DNA of 64,000 nt from the NCBI GenBank assembly GCA_902520685.1, contig CABYPE010000001.1:9255-73254 (forward strand), given 5' to 3'. Shown piece after piece: positions 10,655-21,514 of this stretch (position 1 is its first letter; every line of letters starts with the position of its first letter). Source of the stretch: an uncultured Pelagibacteraceae bacterium (GTDB lineage: Bacteria > Pseudomonadota > Alphaproteobacteria > Pelagibacterales > Pelagibacteraceae). A program made the translations under genes and the position numbers. The notes under the pieces were generated by a model. That model had not been told where the DNA came from. It did not search any database and saw only the letters and a list, made by a program, of their open reading frames with translations.

Positions 10655-12466
10655 TTATTTTTGGCTTATTACTTGTGTACCCGCAGGCACTCTAGCATCA
10701 TCAACCATCTTCTGAATTGCACTACTTGGCTCTGAAGTCATTAAAGTAACAATTACCATTGAAACTAAACTAACTCCTGCTCCGAAGATACCAAATGTTA
10801 ACTGAGTAATTCCTAAGAATCCACTTCCGCCATTTCTTACCCAAATTAGGTAAAACAAGCCTGAAAGTAAACCTAGGACCATACCAGCTACAGCACCTTC
10901 TTTATTTGCTCTCTTCCACCATACACCAAGTACAAGTGGCCAGAACAAACCAGACATCGCAAAGTCAAAAGCCCATATTACTGAACCTAAGATACCTTGG
11001 ATCTCCATTGCTGCAATAGTTGCTCCAGCAAAACCAATTACTACAAGTAATACCCTTGCAACAGTTAGTCTTTTAGCAGTCTCTGCTTTCGGGTCTATCA
11101 TTTTATAATAAACATCGTGAGAGATTGCATTGGCAATTGCTAGAATTAAACCATCTGCAGTAGACATCGCAGCAGCCATACCTCCAGCCGCAACCAAACC
11201 TGAGATTACATATGGTAATCCAGCTACTTCCGGTGTTGCTAATACAACAGCTTTACCAGCCATGAAGAACTCATTTAATTCAACAGTTCCATTGCCGTTA
11301 AAGTCACTAACATACATCAAATTAGCTTGGTTCCAGTTTTGATACCAATCGATTGCTTGAACTTCTGCAACTGATCTACCGATTATACCTGTTGATAAGT
11401 TCGGGTCAATTAAAGCAAGTTTTGAAAGCGTCGCTAACATTGGCGCAGAAGAATAAAGTAGGAAGATAAAGAATACTGACCAACCTACTGATTTTCTAGC
11501 TGCTTTTACACTTGGAGTTGTAAAGAACCTCATCATTACGTGTGGTAATGAAGCTGTTCCCATCATCATAGCTAATGCTAATGAGATGAAAGCCCAAGGT
11601 GTTGCGTTTACTTCAGAGTGAGCTTTTGTAATACCAGCTAACCCTTTAGGCACTGTAGCTAAATCAGCAGCAGAGTTTTTAACAAACCCAAACTGTTGTT
11701 CTAACTCACCAATTCTAGCAACCTCGTCAGCTAACATGAAGTGAGGAAAGAAACCAGCACCTATGTTGTTACTGATCCAGAATACCGGAAGTAAGTAAGC
11801 TATAATTAGTACAATGTATTGTGCGACCTGTGTCCAAGTTACTCCTCTCATACCCCCTAACATTGAACAAAGTAAAATACTTATAAGTCCAATATATACG
11901 GCGTATTGAAATGGAATATCAAGTGCAACAGATGCAATAGTACCTGTAGCGTTAATTTGTGCAGTTACATAAGTAAATGAAGCAACAGTTAAAACTATTA
12001 CCGCACATAGTCTCGCTAAATTACCACCGTATCTAGTACCAACAAAATCTGGAACTGTATAACAACCAAATTTTCTTAGGTAAGGTGCTAATAAAGTTGC
12101 AACTAACACATAACCACCTGTCCAACCAACAAGCAAAGCCATGTATCCGTAACCCTTGAAGTAAATACCACCTGCCATCGCAACGAATGATGCACCAGAC
12201 ATCCAGTCTGCTGCTGTCGCCATTCCATTGAATACAGTTGGTACTGATCTTCCAGCTACATAATAGTTACTTGCTTGAGCTGTCCTAGATAGCCAACCAA
12301 TTATTGCATAGATGGCTACTGTGAAGGCAACAAAAGAAATACCTATTGCTTTTGCTGTCATACCCATCTGTTCTCCAATTGCCATTATAATTATGAAAGC
12401 TATGAATCCTCCTGTATAGATTCCATAAATTTTTGGCAAGTTGTCTATAAAATTACCTTTAATCAT
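10655..12466 (-). CDS. actP: Sodium:solute symporter, ActP-like monocarboxylate permease
   Basis: NGMATAADWMSGASF, GTASLPHVMMRFFT; next to acs. Confidence 0.85.
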   Translation of the reverse strand: MIKGNFIDNLPKIYGIYTGGFIAFIIIMAIGEQMGMTAKAIGISFVAFTVAIYAIIGWLSRTAQASNYYVAGRSVPTVFNGMATAADWMSGASFVAMAGGIYFKGYGYMALLVGWTGGYVLVATLLAPYLRKFGCYTVPDFVGTRYGGNLARLCAVIVLTVASFTYVTAQINATGTIASVALDIPFQYAVYIGLISILLCSMLGGMRGVTWTQVAQYIVLIIAYLLPVFWISNNIGAGFFPHFMLADEVARIGELEQQFGFVKNSAADLATVPKGLAGITKAHSEVNATPWAFISLALAMMMGTASLPHVMMRFFTTPSVKAARKSVGWSVFFIFLLYSSAPMLATLSKLALIDPNLSTGIIGRSVAEVQAIDWYQNWNQANLMYVSDFNGNGTVELNEFFMAGKAVVLATPEVAGLPYVISGLVAAGGMAAAMSTADGLILAIANAISHDVYYKMIDPKAETAKRLTVARVLLVVIGFAGATIAAMEIQGILGSVIWAFDFAMSGLFWPLVLGVWWKRANKEGAVAGMVLGLLSGLFYLIWVRNGGSGFLGITQLTFGIFGAGVSLVSMVIVTLMTSEPSSAIQKMVDDARVPAGTQVISQK

Positions 12467-12726
12467 TAATCTTCTCCTCTTTCAGCAAAGCCGAATTCTT
12501 CATCAATTTTTTCTTGTCTGCCTGCAAACCAAAAAATAAGGATTACAAAGAAGCCAAGAGAACCTTGACATGTGAACCAATAAGTTAATGGATATCCAAA
12601 TGGACCAGTAACAGTGTTCATTTCAGCGCCAAAAAGGAATATACCCATTGAGAATATAGCCCAAAGTGCCAATGTAATTATTAGCAACCCTTTGGTTTTT
12701 TCCCAGTGTTGTGCATTTTTTGCCAT
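12466..12726 (-). CDS. DUF4212 small membrane partner of the SSS transporter
   Basis: W..T..L, G.PL.YW...QGS motif; AGAGAGGT RBS upstream of ATG 12726. Confidence 0.85.
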   Translation of the reverse strand: MAKNAQHWEKTKGLLIITLALWAIFSMGIFLFGAEMNTVTGPFGYPLTYWFTCQGSLGFFVILIFWFAGRQEKIDEEFGFAERGED

Positions 12727-12849
12727 GTATACCTCTCTCTTTTTAGTTATAACTTGGAAAACCATAACAATTTTGAGATAGATTAAAAGTGTAAAAAAGG
12801 TGCATATTGAGTTAATTTTTGCCGTATTTTCCAATAAAAATAGAATTTT

Positions 12850-13473
12850 ATGATAAAAAAAAAATTTACCTGGAGAGATTTATCCTTAAATGATTTTAAG
12901 ATTTATTTTTTTTCATTATTTAAGGCTTTTATCCCTAAAAAAAAAATTAAAAATTTAGAGGATATAGAAAATTTTATTCAAACAAAGTCTGCTTGGGTAT
13001 CTCAAGTTACACTTTATAGTTATTTAAAAACTAGAATGGGTACAAGATATGTTCTTCACTTTGATAACGATAAATTTATGCAATCAGTTAATCAAGCAAA
13101 ATGGAATATTTATGCTGTTGCCCTTCAAGATCTTAGTTTTTTTGTATTTTCATATTTGAAAGTTAATTCAAATTTTCAGGAAATGAATAAAGTTAAAGAG
13201 ATTTTTTTCAATATTTTAGATGATGAAACTAACAACAAGATGCCTTTAGAAATTATTGAGGAAGCAAAAAAAACTTTTGAAGAGAGATTTAATTTAGTTA
13301 AATGGGACAGTTATTACAATGATCTTCCTTTTAATCCTAGTGCTCTCTCTTTATACAAATGGGCTCCGATTGCCGAGGAGCTAAAGAGTCTTGATAGAAA
13401 AATTGTTTTAAATTCAGTAATTTTAAAATGGGATATAATTAAAAAAGAATTTAAAGCTAGAGTCGAATTCTAA
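12850..13473 (+). CDS. Conserved hypothetical protein in the actP-acs locus
   Basis: 207-aa ORF with conserved-looking motifs ([21 protein letters not shown]); function not recognised. Confidence 0.7.
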   Translation: MIKKKFTWRDLSLNDFKIYFFSLFKAFIPKKKIKNLEDIENFIQTKSAWVSQVTLYSYLKTRMGTRYVLHFDNDKFMQSVNQAKWNIYAVALQDLSFFVFSYLKVNSNFQEMNKVKEIFFNILDDETNNKMPLEIIEEAKKTFEERFNLVKWDSYYNDLPFNPSALSLYKWAPIAEELKSLDRKIVLNSVILKWDIIKKEFKARVEF

Positions 13474-15587
13474 ACATTCTTTCTATTATCAACCAAACTT
13501 TGTACTACACTTGGATCAGCTAGTGTTGTGGTATCCCCTAATTGGCCGTGTTCATTGGCTGCTATTTTTCTTAAAATTCTTCTCATAATTTTTCCAGACC
13601 TTGTTTTAGGTAAACCAGGTGTAAAATGAATTAAGTCAGGTGTAGCCAAAGGTCCAATTTGTTTTCTAACCCAAAGTTTTAGATCTCTCTCTAACTCTCC
13701 AGTTTCTACTTCACCTGCATTTAAAGTTACATAACAATATAAACCATTTCCTTTTATATCGTGTGGGTATCCAACCACAGCAGCTTCGGCAACTTTCGGA
13801 TGAGCAACAAAAGCACTTTCAATTTCTGCAGTCCCAAGATTGTGGCCAGACACAATAATTACATCATCAACTCTTCCTGTAATCCAGTAATATCCATCTT
13901 TATCCCTTTTACAGCCATCCCCTGTAAAATATTTTCCATCAAATTGAGAAAAATAAGTGTCAATAAATCTTTGATGATCACCATAAACAGTTCTCATTTG
14001 ACCTGGCCAAGATTGTGCAATACACAGTCTTCCCTCTCCAGGCCCTCTTATTTCTTTTCCATCTTTATTTAATAATACAGGTTTAATTCCATAGAATGGT
14101 TTTGTAGCTGAGCCTGGTTTTAGAGGTATTGCGCCTGTTTGAGGAGCTATCATTATTCCTCCAGTTTCAGTTTGCCACCATGTATCGACTATTGGGCATT
14201 TTGAATTTCCAACAGTTTTGTAATACCACATCCAAGCTTCAGGATTAATTGGTTCTCCAACAGTTCCAAGAAGTTTTAATGATTTTCTTGAAGTTTTGTT
14301 AACAGGTCCATCACCCTCTCTCATTAAGGCTCGAATGGCAGTTGGTGCAGTATAGAATGTATTAACTTTATACTTATCTACTATTTGCCACCACCTAGAA
14401 CTATCTGGGTAATTTGGAATTCCTTCAAACATTATTGTGGTAGCTCCATTCGAAAGTGGACCATAAATAATGTAACTATGTCCTGTTACCCAACCAATAT
14501 CGGCAGTACACCAATAAATGTCTTTTGGTTTATAATTAAAAATATATTGATGTGTCATTGATGCATAAACCATATAGCCACCAGTAGTATGTAAAACTCC
14601 TTTTGGTTTTCCAGTTGAACCAGATGTATAAAGAATAAATAAAGGATCCTCTGCATTCATTTCCACAGGCTCATTATGCGAAGAAACATCTTTTATTAAA
14701 TCATGATACCAAACATCTCTACTATCATTCCAATTAATTTCATTTCCTGTTCTTTTTACAACAATACATTTTTTAACATTTGGACAACTTAATAATGCTT
14801 CATCTGTTGTTGATTTTAGAGGAATGGTTTTTCCACCTCTCACCCCTTCATCTGCTGTGATAATATATTCAGACTCACAATCATTAACTCTTCCAGAAAT
14901 AGACTCTGCAGAAAATCCCCCAAAAATAATTGAGTGAACAGCTCCAATTCTGGCACAAGCTAACATCAAAATTGCTAGCTCAGGTATCATTGTTAAATAA
15001 ATTGTAACTCTATCACCTTTTTGAATTCCAAGTTTTTTTAAACCATTAGCGGCTTTTGATACTTTTTGATGTAATTGCTTATATGTTATTTTTTGACTAT
15101 CTTTAGGATCATCCCCTACCCAAATTATTGCAGTTTTATCTTTTTTATCTTTCAAGTGTCTATCAATACAATTAGCAGAAGCATTTAAAGTTCCATCCTG
15201 GAACCAATTTATTTTAACTTCTTTTGTACTATATTTTACATCTTTAATTTTTTTGTATGTTTTTATCCAAGTTATTCTTTTTCCTTCTTTTTTCCAAAAT
15301 TCATTATTATTTTTTATTGAGTCATTATATTTTTTTTGATAAGTGGATTTATTTGCCAAACTAGCTTTAGTCCACTCAGGTCTTGTCTTAATAATTAACT
15401 CAGCTGTCTCGTTAGAATTTTTTCTTTTCGAAAATTTTTTTACTCTTCTTTTGATAACTCTTTTTTTACTTCTTTTTTTTGAAGCCTTCTTTACTTTTCT
15501 TTTGATAACTCTTTTTTTACCTCTTTTTTTTGAAGCCTTTTTTACTTTTCTATTGATAACTCTTTTTTTACTTCTTTTTTTTGGCAT
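13470..15587 (-). CDS. acs: Acetyl-CoA synthetase with K/R-rich N-terminal extension
   Basis: [31 protein letters not shown]. Confidence 0.97.
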   Translation of the reverse strand: MPKKRSKKRVINRKVKKASKKRGKKRVIKRKVKKASKKRSKKRVIKRRVKKFSKRKNSNETAELIIKTRPEWTKASLANKSTYQKKYNDSIKNNNEFWKKEGKRITWIKTYKKIKDVKYSTKEVKINWFQDGTLNASANCIDRHLKDKKDKTAIIWVGDDPKDSQKITYKQLHQKVSKAANGLKKLGIQKGDRVTIYLTMIPELAILMLACARIGAVHSIIFGGFSAESISGRVNDCESEYIITADEGVRGGKTIPLKSTTDEALLSCPNVKKCIVVKRTGNEINWNDSRDVWYHDLIKDVSSHNEPVEMNAEDPLFILYTSGSTGKPKGVLHTTGGYMVYASMTHQYIFNYKPKDIYWCTADIGWVTGHSYIIYGPLSNGATTIMFEGIPNYPDSSRWWQIVDKYKVNTFYTAPTAIRALMREGDGPVNKTSRKSLKLLGTVGEPINPEAWMWYYKTVGNSKCPIVDTWWQTETGGIMIAPQTGAIPLKPGSATKPFYGIKPVLLNKDGKEIRGPGEGRLCIAQSWPGQMRTVYGDHQRFIDTYFSQFDGKYFTGDGCKRDKDGYYWITGRVDDVIIVSGHNLGTAEIESAFVAHPKVAEAAVVGYPHDIKGNGLYCYVTLNAGEVETGELERDLKLWVRKQIGPLATPDLIHFTPGLPKTRSGKIMRRILRKIAANEHGQLGDTTTLADPSVVQSLVDNRKNV
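15429..15581 (-). repeat. Three imperfect 51-bp tandem repeats encoding [17 protein letters not shown]-type units in acs
   Basis: [17 protein letters not shown] / [17 protein letters not shown] / [17 protein letters not shown]. Confidence 0.92.
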
Positions 15588-15604
15588 GTAGATATATTTT
15601 AAAT

Positions 15605-16018
15605 TTAAATTCTACCCATCTTATTTAATATTTTCCAGCTTTTAGAATCTATTGGCATTACAGATAATCTGCTTTGTCTTATTAATGATAAATGGCTTAA
15701 TTTCTTAACTTTTTTTATGTTCTCAAGGGTTATTGGTTTATTAACTTTTTTCAAATATTTAACTGTTACAGCTACAAATCGACCAGATTTATCAGTTTTA
15801 TCTTTATATGCTTCTTTAATAACTTCTACAACGCCAACTATTTCTTTCCCAATATTCGAATGGTAAAAAAAACATTGGTCACCTACTTTCATTGATTTTA
15901 GATTTTTTGCTGCTTGATAATTTCTAACTCCATCCCAAGGAGCGCCTTTACCACCAGCTTTTTTTTGTTGATCAATAGACCACACATCTGGCTCTGATTT
16001 CATTAACCAATATTTCAT
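15605..16018 (-). CDS. EVE domain protein
   Basis: [28 protein letters not shown]. Confidence 0.95.
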   Translation of the reverse strand: MKYWLMKSEPDVWSIDQQKKAGGKGAPWDGVRNYQAAKNLKSMKVGDQCFFYHSNIGKEIVGVVEVIKEAYKDKTDKSGRFVAVTVKYLKKVNKPITLENIKKVKKLSHLSLIRQSRLSVMPIDSKSWKILNKMGRI

Positions 16019-17088
16019 TATAGTTTTACTCCAGCACCTTTAAGGAATGCTGCACTTTCATCTAATGGCCATCGTGGTTTAGCAGGATAATCTAAATTAT
16101 CAAATTGTCTCATTTTAAATTTTTCTAGACCAACCATTGCAATCATTGCAGCATTGTCCCCACATAAATTGATTGGTGGAAAAACACTCTTGAAATTATT
16201 TTCATCACAAAGTTTGATAAGCATAGATCTGATTTTTTTATTAGCAGCAACACCTCCCGCAACTACAAATGTTTTATTTTTTAAGTTATTTTTTTCATAT
16301 TCGGCGAAAGCATTTTTAGTTTTTTTATACATAATTTCTAAAATTGTTCTTTGAAAAGAAGCAGCGATATCAAACTTATCTTTTTCAGTTTTAATATTTT
16401 TACTTATTTTTAATACTGCAGTTTTTAACCCGGCAAAAGAAAGATTGCAGCCACCTTTATTAAATATTGGTTTAGGTAATAAATATTTATTTTGATCTCC
16501 TTTCTCAGCTAAAACTTCGATTTGAGGACCACCAGGAAATTCAACTCCTAATAATTTAGCAGTTTTATCAAATGCTTCTCCAAGCGCATCATCAATTGTA
16601 GTACCTAATCTTTTATAATTTCCAATCCCTTTGACAGATAAGTATTGTGAATGTCCGCCTGAGATTAACAGTAATAAATATGGGTAATCTAATTTTGAGT
16701 TTAATTTAGGACTTAAAGCATGACCTTCTAAGTGGTTTACAGAAATAAAAGGTATATTCATTGCAGAGGCAAATGATTTTCCAAAACTAAGACCTACTGA
16801 CAAACAAACAATTAATCCAGGTCCAGCAGTTGAAGCTATAGCATCAATTTTATCTGCCTTAAAACCACTTTCATCAATTGCTTTTTGTACAATCCAATCT
16901 ATTTTGTTTAGATGTGCTCTAGCTGCTAGTTCTGGCACCACTCCACCAAATTCTTTATGCACATCTATTTGGCTAGATACGATATTTGATAAAATTACCG
17001 GTATTCCTTGGTCGTTTTCAGTAATAATTGATGCTGCTGTTTCATCACAGCTGGTTTCTATTCCAAGAATTATTGGTTTTTTGCTCAT
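16018..17088 (-). CDS. tsaD: tRNA t6A threonylcarbamoyltransferase
   Basis: LGIETSCDET, GGVVPELAAR, HLEGH, DNAAMI. Confidence 0.97.
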   Translation of the reverse strand: MSKKPIILGIETSCDETAASIITENDQGIPVILSNIVSSQIDVHKEFGGVVPELAARAHLNKIDWIVQKAIDESGFKADKIDAIASTAGPGLIVCLSVGLSFGKSFASAMNIPFISVNHLEGHALSPKLNSKLDYPYLLLLISGGHSQYLSVKGIGNYKRLGTTIDDALGEAFDKTAKLLGVEFPGGPQIEVLAEKGDQNKYLLPKPIFNKGGCNLSFAGLKTAVLKISKNIKTEKDKFDIAASFQRTILEIMYKKTKNAFAEYEKNNLKNKTFVVAGGVAANKKIRSMLIKLCDENNFKSVFPPINLCGDNAAMIAMVGLEKFKMRQFDNLDYPAKPRWPLDESAAFLKGAGVKL

Positions 17089-17127
17089 TCAAATAGTTTC
17101 TATTAATAGTACAATCTCTTTACAAGT

Positions 17128-18048
17128 ATGAAAAAAGAAAAAATAATAATTGGTTCTAGAGGCAGTAAATTAGCATTAAATTATGCTCAAAATATAAAAA
17201 ATAAGATTTTAGAAAATTCAGACCTATCATTTGATCAAGTTTTAATTAAAAAGATAGTTACAAAAGGTGATCAAGTACAAGATAAAAGACTTTCAGACGT
17301 GGGTGGTAAAGGATTATTTTCCAAAAATATTGAAAAAGAACTTTTAGATGGCAGCATAGACATTGCGGTGCATGCATTGAAAGATATGCCGGCAAAAGAG
17401 ACAAAAGGTCTGTTATCTAATTTTTTTTTAAAGCGTAATGATCCAAGAGAAATTTTGATAAGTAGGGAAAATAAAAACCTTCAAGATTTAAAATCAAAAT
17501 CAATAATAGGAACCTCATCTTTTAGAAGAGAGTTTCAAATTAAAAAATTGAAAAAAAATGTTTCATGTAAATTAATAAGAGGCAATGTTGACTCTAGATT
17601 ACGAAAACTTAAAGAGGGTTTCTATGATGCCATAATTCTTTCACTAGCGGGCATCAAGTCTTTAAATTTAGAAGAAGAAGTTACGCAAATTTTTTTGACA
17701 AATGAAATTATCCCAAGTGTTGGACAAGGAATAATTTGTGCACAGTGTAAAGAGAATGATCCAAACATAATTAAATTACTGAATAAGATAAATGATCCTG
17801 ATACTTTTAAATGCGCAATAGCAGAAAGAAATGTATTAAAAATTTTAGAAGGTGACTGTGATACAGCGGTAGGAGCGCATGCAAAAATAAGTAATAATAG
17901 AATTATTCTTGAAGCTGAACTATTTTCATTAGATGGGTCACAAAGATTTTATGAAAAAAAAGATAAAGAGGTTAAAGAATTTGATAAAATAGGTTTAGAA
18001 ATTGGTAAAAATTTAAAAGATAAGTCGAAAGGAAGTTACAAAAAATAA
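17128..18048 (+). CDS. hemC: Hydroxymethylbilane synthase
   Basis: GSRGSKLA, GGKGLF, IRGNV, LEGDC. Confidence 0.96.
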   Translation: MKKEKIIIGSRGSKLALNYAQNIKNKILENSDLSFDQVLIKKIVTKGDQVQDKRLSDVGGKGLFSKNIEKELLDGSIDIAVHALKDMPAKETKGLLSNFFLKRNDPREILISRENKNLQDLKSKSIIGTSSFRREFQIKKLKKNVSCKLIRGNVDSRLRKLKEGFYDAIILSLAGIKSLNLEEEVTQIFLTNEIIPSVGQGIICAQCKENDPNIIKLLNKINDPDTFKCAIAERNVLKILEGDCDTAVGAHAKISNNRIILEAELFSLDGSQRFYEKKDKEVKEFDKIGLEIGKNLKDKSKGSYKK

Positions 18049-18049
18049 A

Positions 18050-18748
18050 ATGCATGTACTTTTAACGAGACAACTAGAGGATTGTTCAGAATTAATAGTT
18101 CGATTTAAAGAACTTGGACATATGGTATCCCATTTACCTTTGTTAAATATTGAAAAAGTTCCATACGATCATAAACCAATTAAAAATTGTAAAAGTATTA
18201 TTTTTACAAGTGCAAATTCAATTAAATATTTAAACTCAAATGAAATCAATAAAAATATAAAATGTTTTTGTGTTGGATTAGCAACTGAAAAAAAAGCAAG
18301 AAGTGTAGGATTTCAAAACATCATTACAGCTGAGGGAAATGTTAGGAATCTCAAGGAACTGATTTTACAAAATTATGATTCTTCTAATGGAAGTATAGTT
18401 TATGTGAGTGGTGAAATTATTTCATCAGATCTAGACAATCAATTAATTAATGAAGGCTATTCTGTAAAAAGATTGATTAATTATAAAACAAATCATAATA
18501 AAATTTTTGATATTAAGTTTATTGAAAAACTAAAAAGTAATATTCCTCATATTATTTATATATATTCGTATAATAGTGCACTTAGCTTTTTAAATTTTAT
18601 TAAAAATGAAAGCCTAGAAAGCTTGTGGATGGATACTAACTTGATGTGTATGAGTGAAAAAACCTCATCAATATTGAACGAAATTAAATGGAAAAAAATA
18701 TTTCTTTTTAATCCTGGAGAAGAAGAGTTTTTGTTATATAAAATTTGA
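18050..18748 (+). CDS. hemD: Uroporphyrinogen-III synthase
   Basis: VLLTR, IFTSAN, CVG.AT; follows hemC. Confidence 0.9.
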   Translation: MHVLLTRQLEDCSELIVRFKELGHMVSHLPLLNIEKVPYDHKPIKNCKSIIFTSANSIKYLNSNEINKNIKCFCVGLATEKKARSVGFQNIITAEGNVRNLKELILQNYDSSNGSIVYVSGEIISSDLDNQLINEGYSVKRLINYKTNHNKIFDIKFIEKLKSNIPHIIYIYSYNSALSFLNFIKNESLESLWMDTNLMCMSEKTSSILNEIKWKKIFLFNPGEEEFLLYKI

Positions 18749-19836
18749 TTATGGAATTAATAAATAATTTTTCTGAAATATTTTTATCAGTATGGAATAA
18801 AGGCATCCTTGGAGTTGATATTTTTCAAATATTGATAGGGATAGGTATATTCTTAATATTCTTAATCTTTAGAGGAATAATAAGTAAATTAATAATTAAA
18901 AAATTAGAAATTATTTCAAAAAGAACTACAAATAAATTAGACGATACATTTGTTCAATCTCTTACAGGGCCTGCAAGATTTCTACCAATTGTCGTAGGTT
19001 TCTTTATTGCAAGTTATTATATGACTTTTTCAACAGAGGGCAGAGAGGTAGTAGATACAATTAATAGAACCTTAATAACTATTTTAATTTTTTGGGTAAT
19101 CCATCAGATTATTGAACCTATCTCTTATATTTTAAGTGGGTTGGATAAACTTTTAACTAGAGAACTTATCGGATGGATAATTAAATCACTTAAAATTTTA
19201 ATTTTTATTTTAGGTCTAGCAGCAGTACTTGAATTATGGGGAATTAAAATAGGTCCAATTATAGCTGGACTTGGTTTGTTTGGGGTTGCCGTTGCACTCG
19301 GTGCGCAAGATTTATTTAAAAATTTAATTTCAGGAATTTTAGTTTTAGTTGAGAAGAGATTCAAAATTGGTGATTGGATTTCAGTTGATGGCATTATAGA
19401 AGGTATAGTTGAGAAAATTGGTTTTAGGTCAACAACCATAAGGAAATTTGATAAATCGCTTGCTATAATTCCAAATTTTCAATTTGCTGAAAATGCAGTT
19501 GTGAATGTTAGCGAAACTTCTAATTGGTTGATTAGTTGGATTATAACACTTCAATATGACACCACTGTTGAACAATTAAAAAAAATTAGAGATGAAATAG
19601 AAAATCATATTAATACAAGTGAAGATTATAATACTTCAGTCGGAATCGCTGTTAGAGTTGATAAATTTTCAGATAGTTCGATAGATATGTATGTAAGATG
19701 TTTTACTAAATCTGACAGTTGGAACAATTGGCTAAATGTTAAAGAAAAATTAGCAATTGCAATTAAAGAAATTGTTGAAAAAAATGGTGCATCTTTTGCT
19801 TTTCCTAGTCAGTCTATTTATGTCGAAAAGAAATGA
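18745..19836 (+). CDS. MscS family mechanosensitive channel
   Basis: AGLGLFGVAVALGAQD, FKIGDWI, GIVEKIGFRST, FAFP. Confidence 0.93.
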   Translation: MIMELINNFSEIFLSVWNKGILGVDIFQILIGIGIFLIFLIFRGIISKLIIKKLEIISKRTTNKLDDTFVQSLTGPARFLPIVVGFFIASYYMTFSTEGREVVDTINRTLITILIFWVIHQIIEPISYILSGLDKLLTRELIGWIIKSLKILIFILGLAAVLELWGIKIGPIIAGLGLFGVAVALGAQDLFKNLISGILVLVEKRFKIGDWISVDGIIEGIVEKIGFRSTTIRKFDKSLAIIPNFQFAENAVVNVSETSNWLISWIITLQYDTTVEQLKKIRDEIENHINTSEDYNTSVGIAVRVDKFSDSSIDMYVRCFTKSDSWNNWLNVKEKLAIAIKEIVEKNGASFAFPSQSIYVEKK

Positions 19837-20123
19837 TTGCAATTTTTTATTTAGTTTTACAAATTTTAAAACTTTATTCTTACGTAGTAATTGCAAATGT
19901 TATTGTCAGTTGGCTTATTGCTTTTAATGTTTTGAATACTCAAAATAGATTTGTTTATGCAATTTTAGATCTAAGTTATCGACTTACGGATCCTTTTCTA
20001 AACAAAATAAGACGTTTTCTTCCAAATTTAGGTTCATTAGATATTTCTCCTATTATTCTTCTTTTATTGATTTGGTTTATTGAAATGTGTATGAAGCTCT
20101 ACATTGCACCAATAATTTTTTAA
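19833..20123 (+). CDS. YggT family membrane protein
   Basis: LTDPFL..IRRFLP..G.LDISP. Confidence 0.92.
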   Translation: MIAIFYLVLQILKLYSYVVIANVIVSWLIAFNVLNTQNRFVYAILDLSYRLTDPFLNKIRRFLPNLGSLDISPIILLLLIWFIEMCMKLYIAPIIF

Positions 20124-20131
20124 AAAATATT

Positions 20132-20977
20132 ATGATTTTAATTGATGGAAAAAAAGCTGCTGCAGAACTAAGAGAAGATCTTAAGCAAGAAGTTGACGAA
20201 TTGAAAACTAAGTATAATAAAGTACCAGGATTGACGGTAGTATTAATTGGGGATCTAACACCGAGCCAAATTTATGTGAGAAATAAAGAAAAATCAGCTA
20301 ACGAAGTTGGTTTGAAATCAGACGTAATTAGATATCCTGATAATGTAGAAGAAAAAACAGTATTAGAAAAAATTAGTGAACTAAATAAAGATGAAACTGT
20401 TTCTGGAATTTTAGTTCAATTACCTCTACCAAAACATATAGATAAGCAGAAAGTAATTGAAGCAATTGATCCATCAAAAGATGTTGATGGATTTCACCCA
20501 ATGAATGTTGGAAATCTTTCATCTGGCTATGAGAGCTCTGTTCCATGTACCCCTTTAGGTTGTTATTTGTTAATTAAAAAAATTGAACCAAATTTAAATG
20601 GAAAAAAAGCAGTTGTTGTTGGTAGATCTAATTTAAATGGAAAACCGATGACCCAGCTTCTTTTGAAAGAAAATTGTACAGTAACAATTACTCATTCCAA
20701 AACAAAAGATTTAAAAGCAGAGTGTTTAGAGGCAGATATAATTGTTGCTGCAGTTGGAATACCTGAACTTGTTAAAGGTGACTGGGTTAAAGAAGGAACA
20801 ATTGTGATTGATGTTGGAATTAATAAAACAGATAAAGGGATTGTTGGGGATGTACACTTTAAAGAGGTTTCTAAAGTAGCAAAAGCCTTGACTCCTGTGC
20901 CAGGTGGAGTTGGACCTATGACGATAGCTTGTTTGTTAAAAAATACAATTGACTGTTTCAAAAGATCGCAAATTTAG
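20132..20977 (+). CDS. folD: Methylenetetrahydrofolate dehydrogenase/cyclohydrolase
   Basis: IDGK, ILVQLPLP, KDVDG, PCTP, TPVPGGVGPMT; start moved to ATG 20132. Confidence 0.97.
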   Translation: MILIDGKKAAAELREDLKQEVDELKTKYNKVPGLTVVLIGDLTPSQIYVRNKEKSANEVGLKSDVIRYPDNVEEKTVLEKISELNKDETVSGILVQLPLPKHIDKQKVIEAIDPSKDVDGFHPMNVGNLSSGYESSVPCTPLGCYLLIKKIEPNLNGKKAVVVGRSNLNGKPMTQLLLKENCTVTITHSKTKDLKAECLEADIIVAAVGIPELVKGDWVKEGTIVIDVGINKTDKGIVGDVHFKEVSKVAKALTPVPGGVGPMTIACLLKNTIDCFKRSQI

Positions 20978-21014
20978 TATTTAAATCAGTAAACAATCTC
21001 TGATAAATTAATTT

Positions 21015-21218
21015 ATGAAAAAACCTAAGTATCCATATAGGATAGCTATTTTAATGGCCATATTAACAATACCACCGATTGGAGCAACGCAATTAGGTTG
21101 GTACTTATATGACCAACAAACAGGATTTGATTATGGCATGATTGTTGGTACATTTTCAGTTATATTAGCTGCATGGTTAATGTATGAAAAAAATTGGAGA
21201 GAAGATGACGAGGATTAA
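21015..21218 (+). CDS. Small two-TM hypothetical protein
   Basis: 67-aa ORF, two hydrophobic segments, acidic tail. Confidence 0.65.
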   Translation: MKKPKYPYRIAILMAILTIPPIGATQLGWYLYDQQTGFDYGMIVGTFSVILAAWLMYEKNWREDDED

Positions 21219-21221
21219 TTA

Positions 21222-21485
21222 ATGGAAAAAATAATTTTTTTTGGTTTAGTAATACCAATATTTGCATTCGTGCTTTATTTGGGTGGCAATGCTATTATGA
21301 AAGGTATGAGCGCCAAAAATGCTAACAAAGAGGATAAAAATGCTGAAAATAATGAAATTGAAAATTCTTCTGATATCAAAGAAAATTTAAGTGAGGAATT
21401 AGATAAGTTAAATAATCTTTTTAAAGATGGAGTTTTAACACAAGAAGAGTTTGAAAAGGCAAAAAAAAAATTATTAGATAATTAA
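21222..21485 (+). CDS. SHOCT domain membrane protein
   Basis: N-terminal TM; C-terminal LDKLNNLFKDGVLTQEEFEKAKKKLL. Confidence 0.85.
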   Translation: MEKIIFFGLVIPIFAFVLYLGGNAIMKGMSAKNANKEDKNAENNEIENSSDIKENLSEELDKLNNLFKDGVLTQEEFEKAKKKLLDN

Positions 21486-21514
21486 AATTTTATTGTATTC
21501 TATTATGGTAAAGA

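Noticed and set aside
15343-15591. 82-aa hydrophobic Phe/Leu-rich ORF on +
   Set aside because: Antisense shadow of the Lys/Arg repeat tail of acs.
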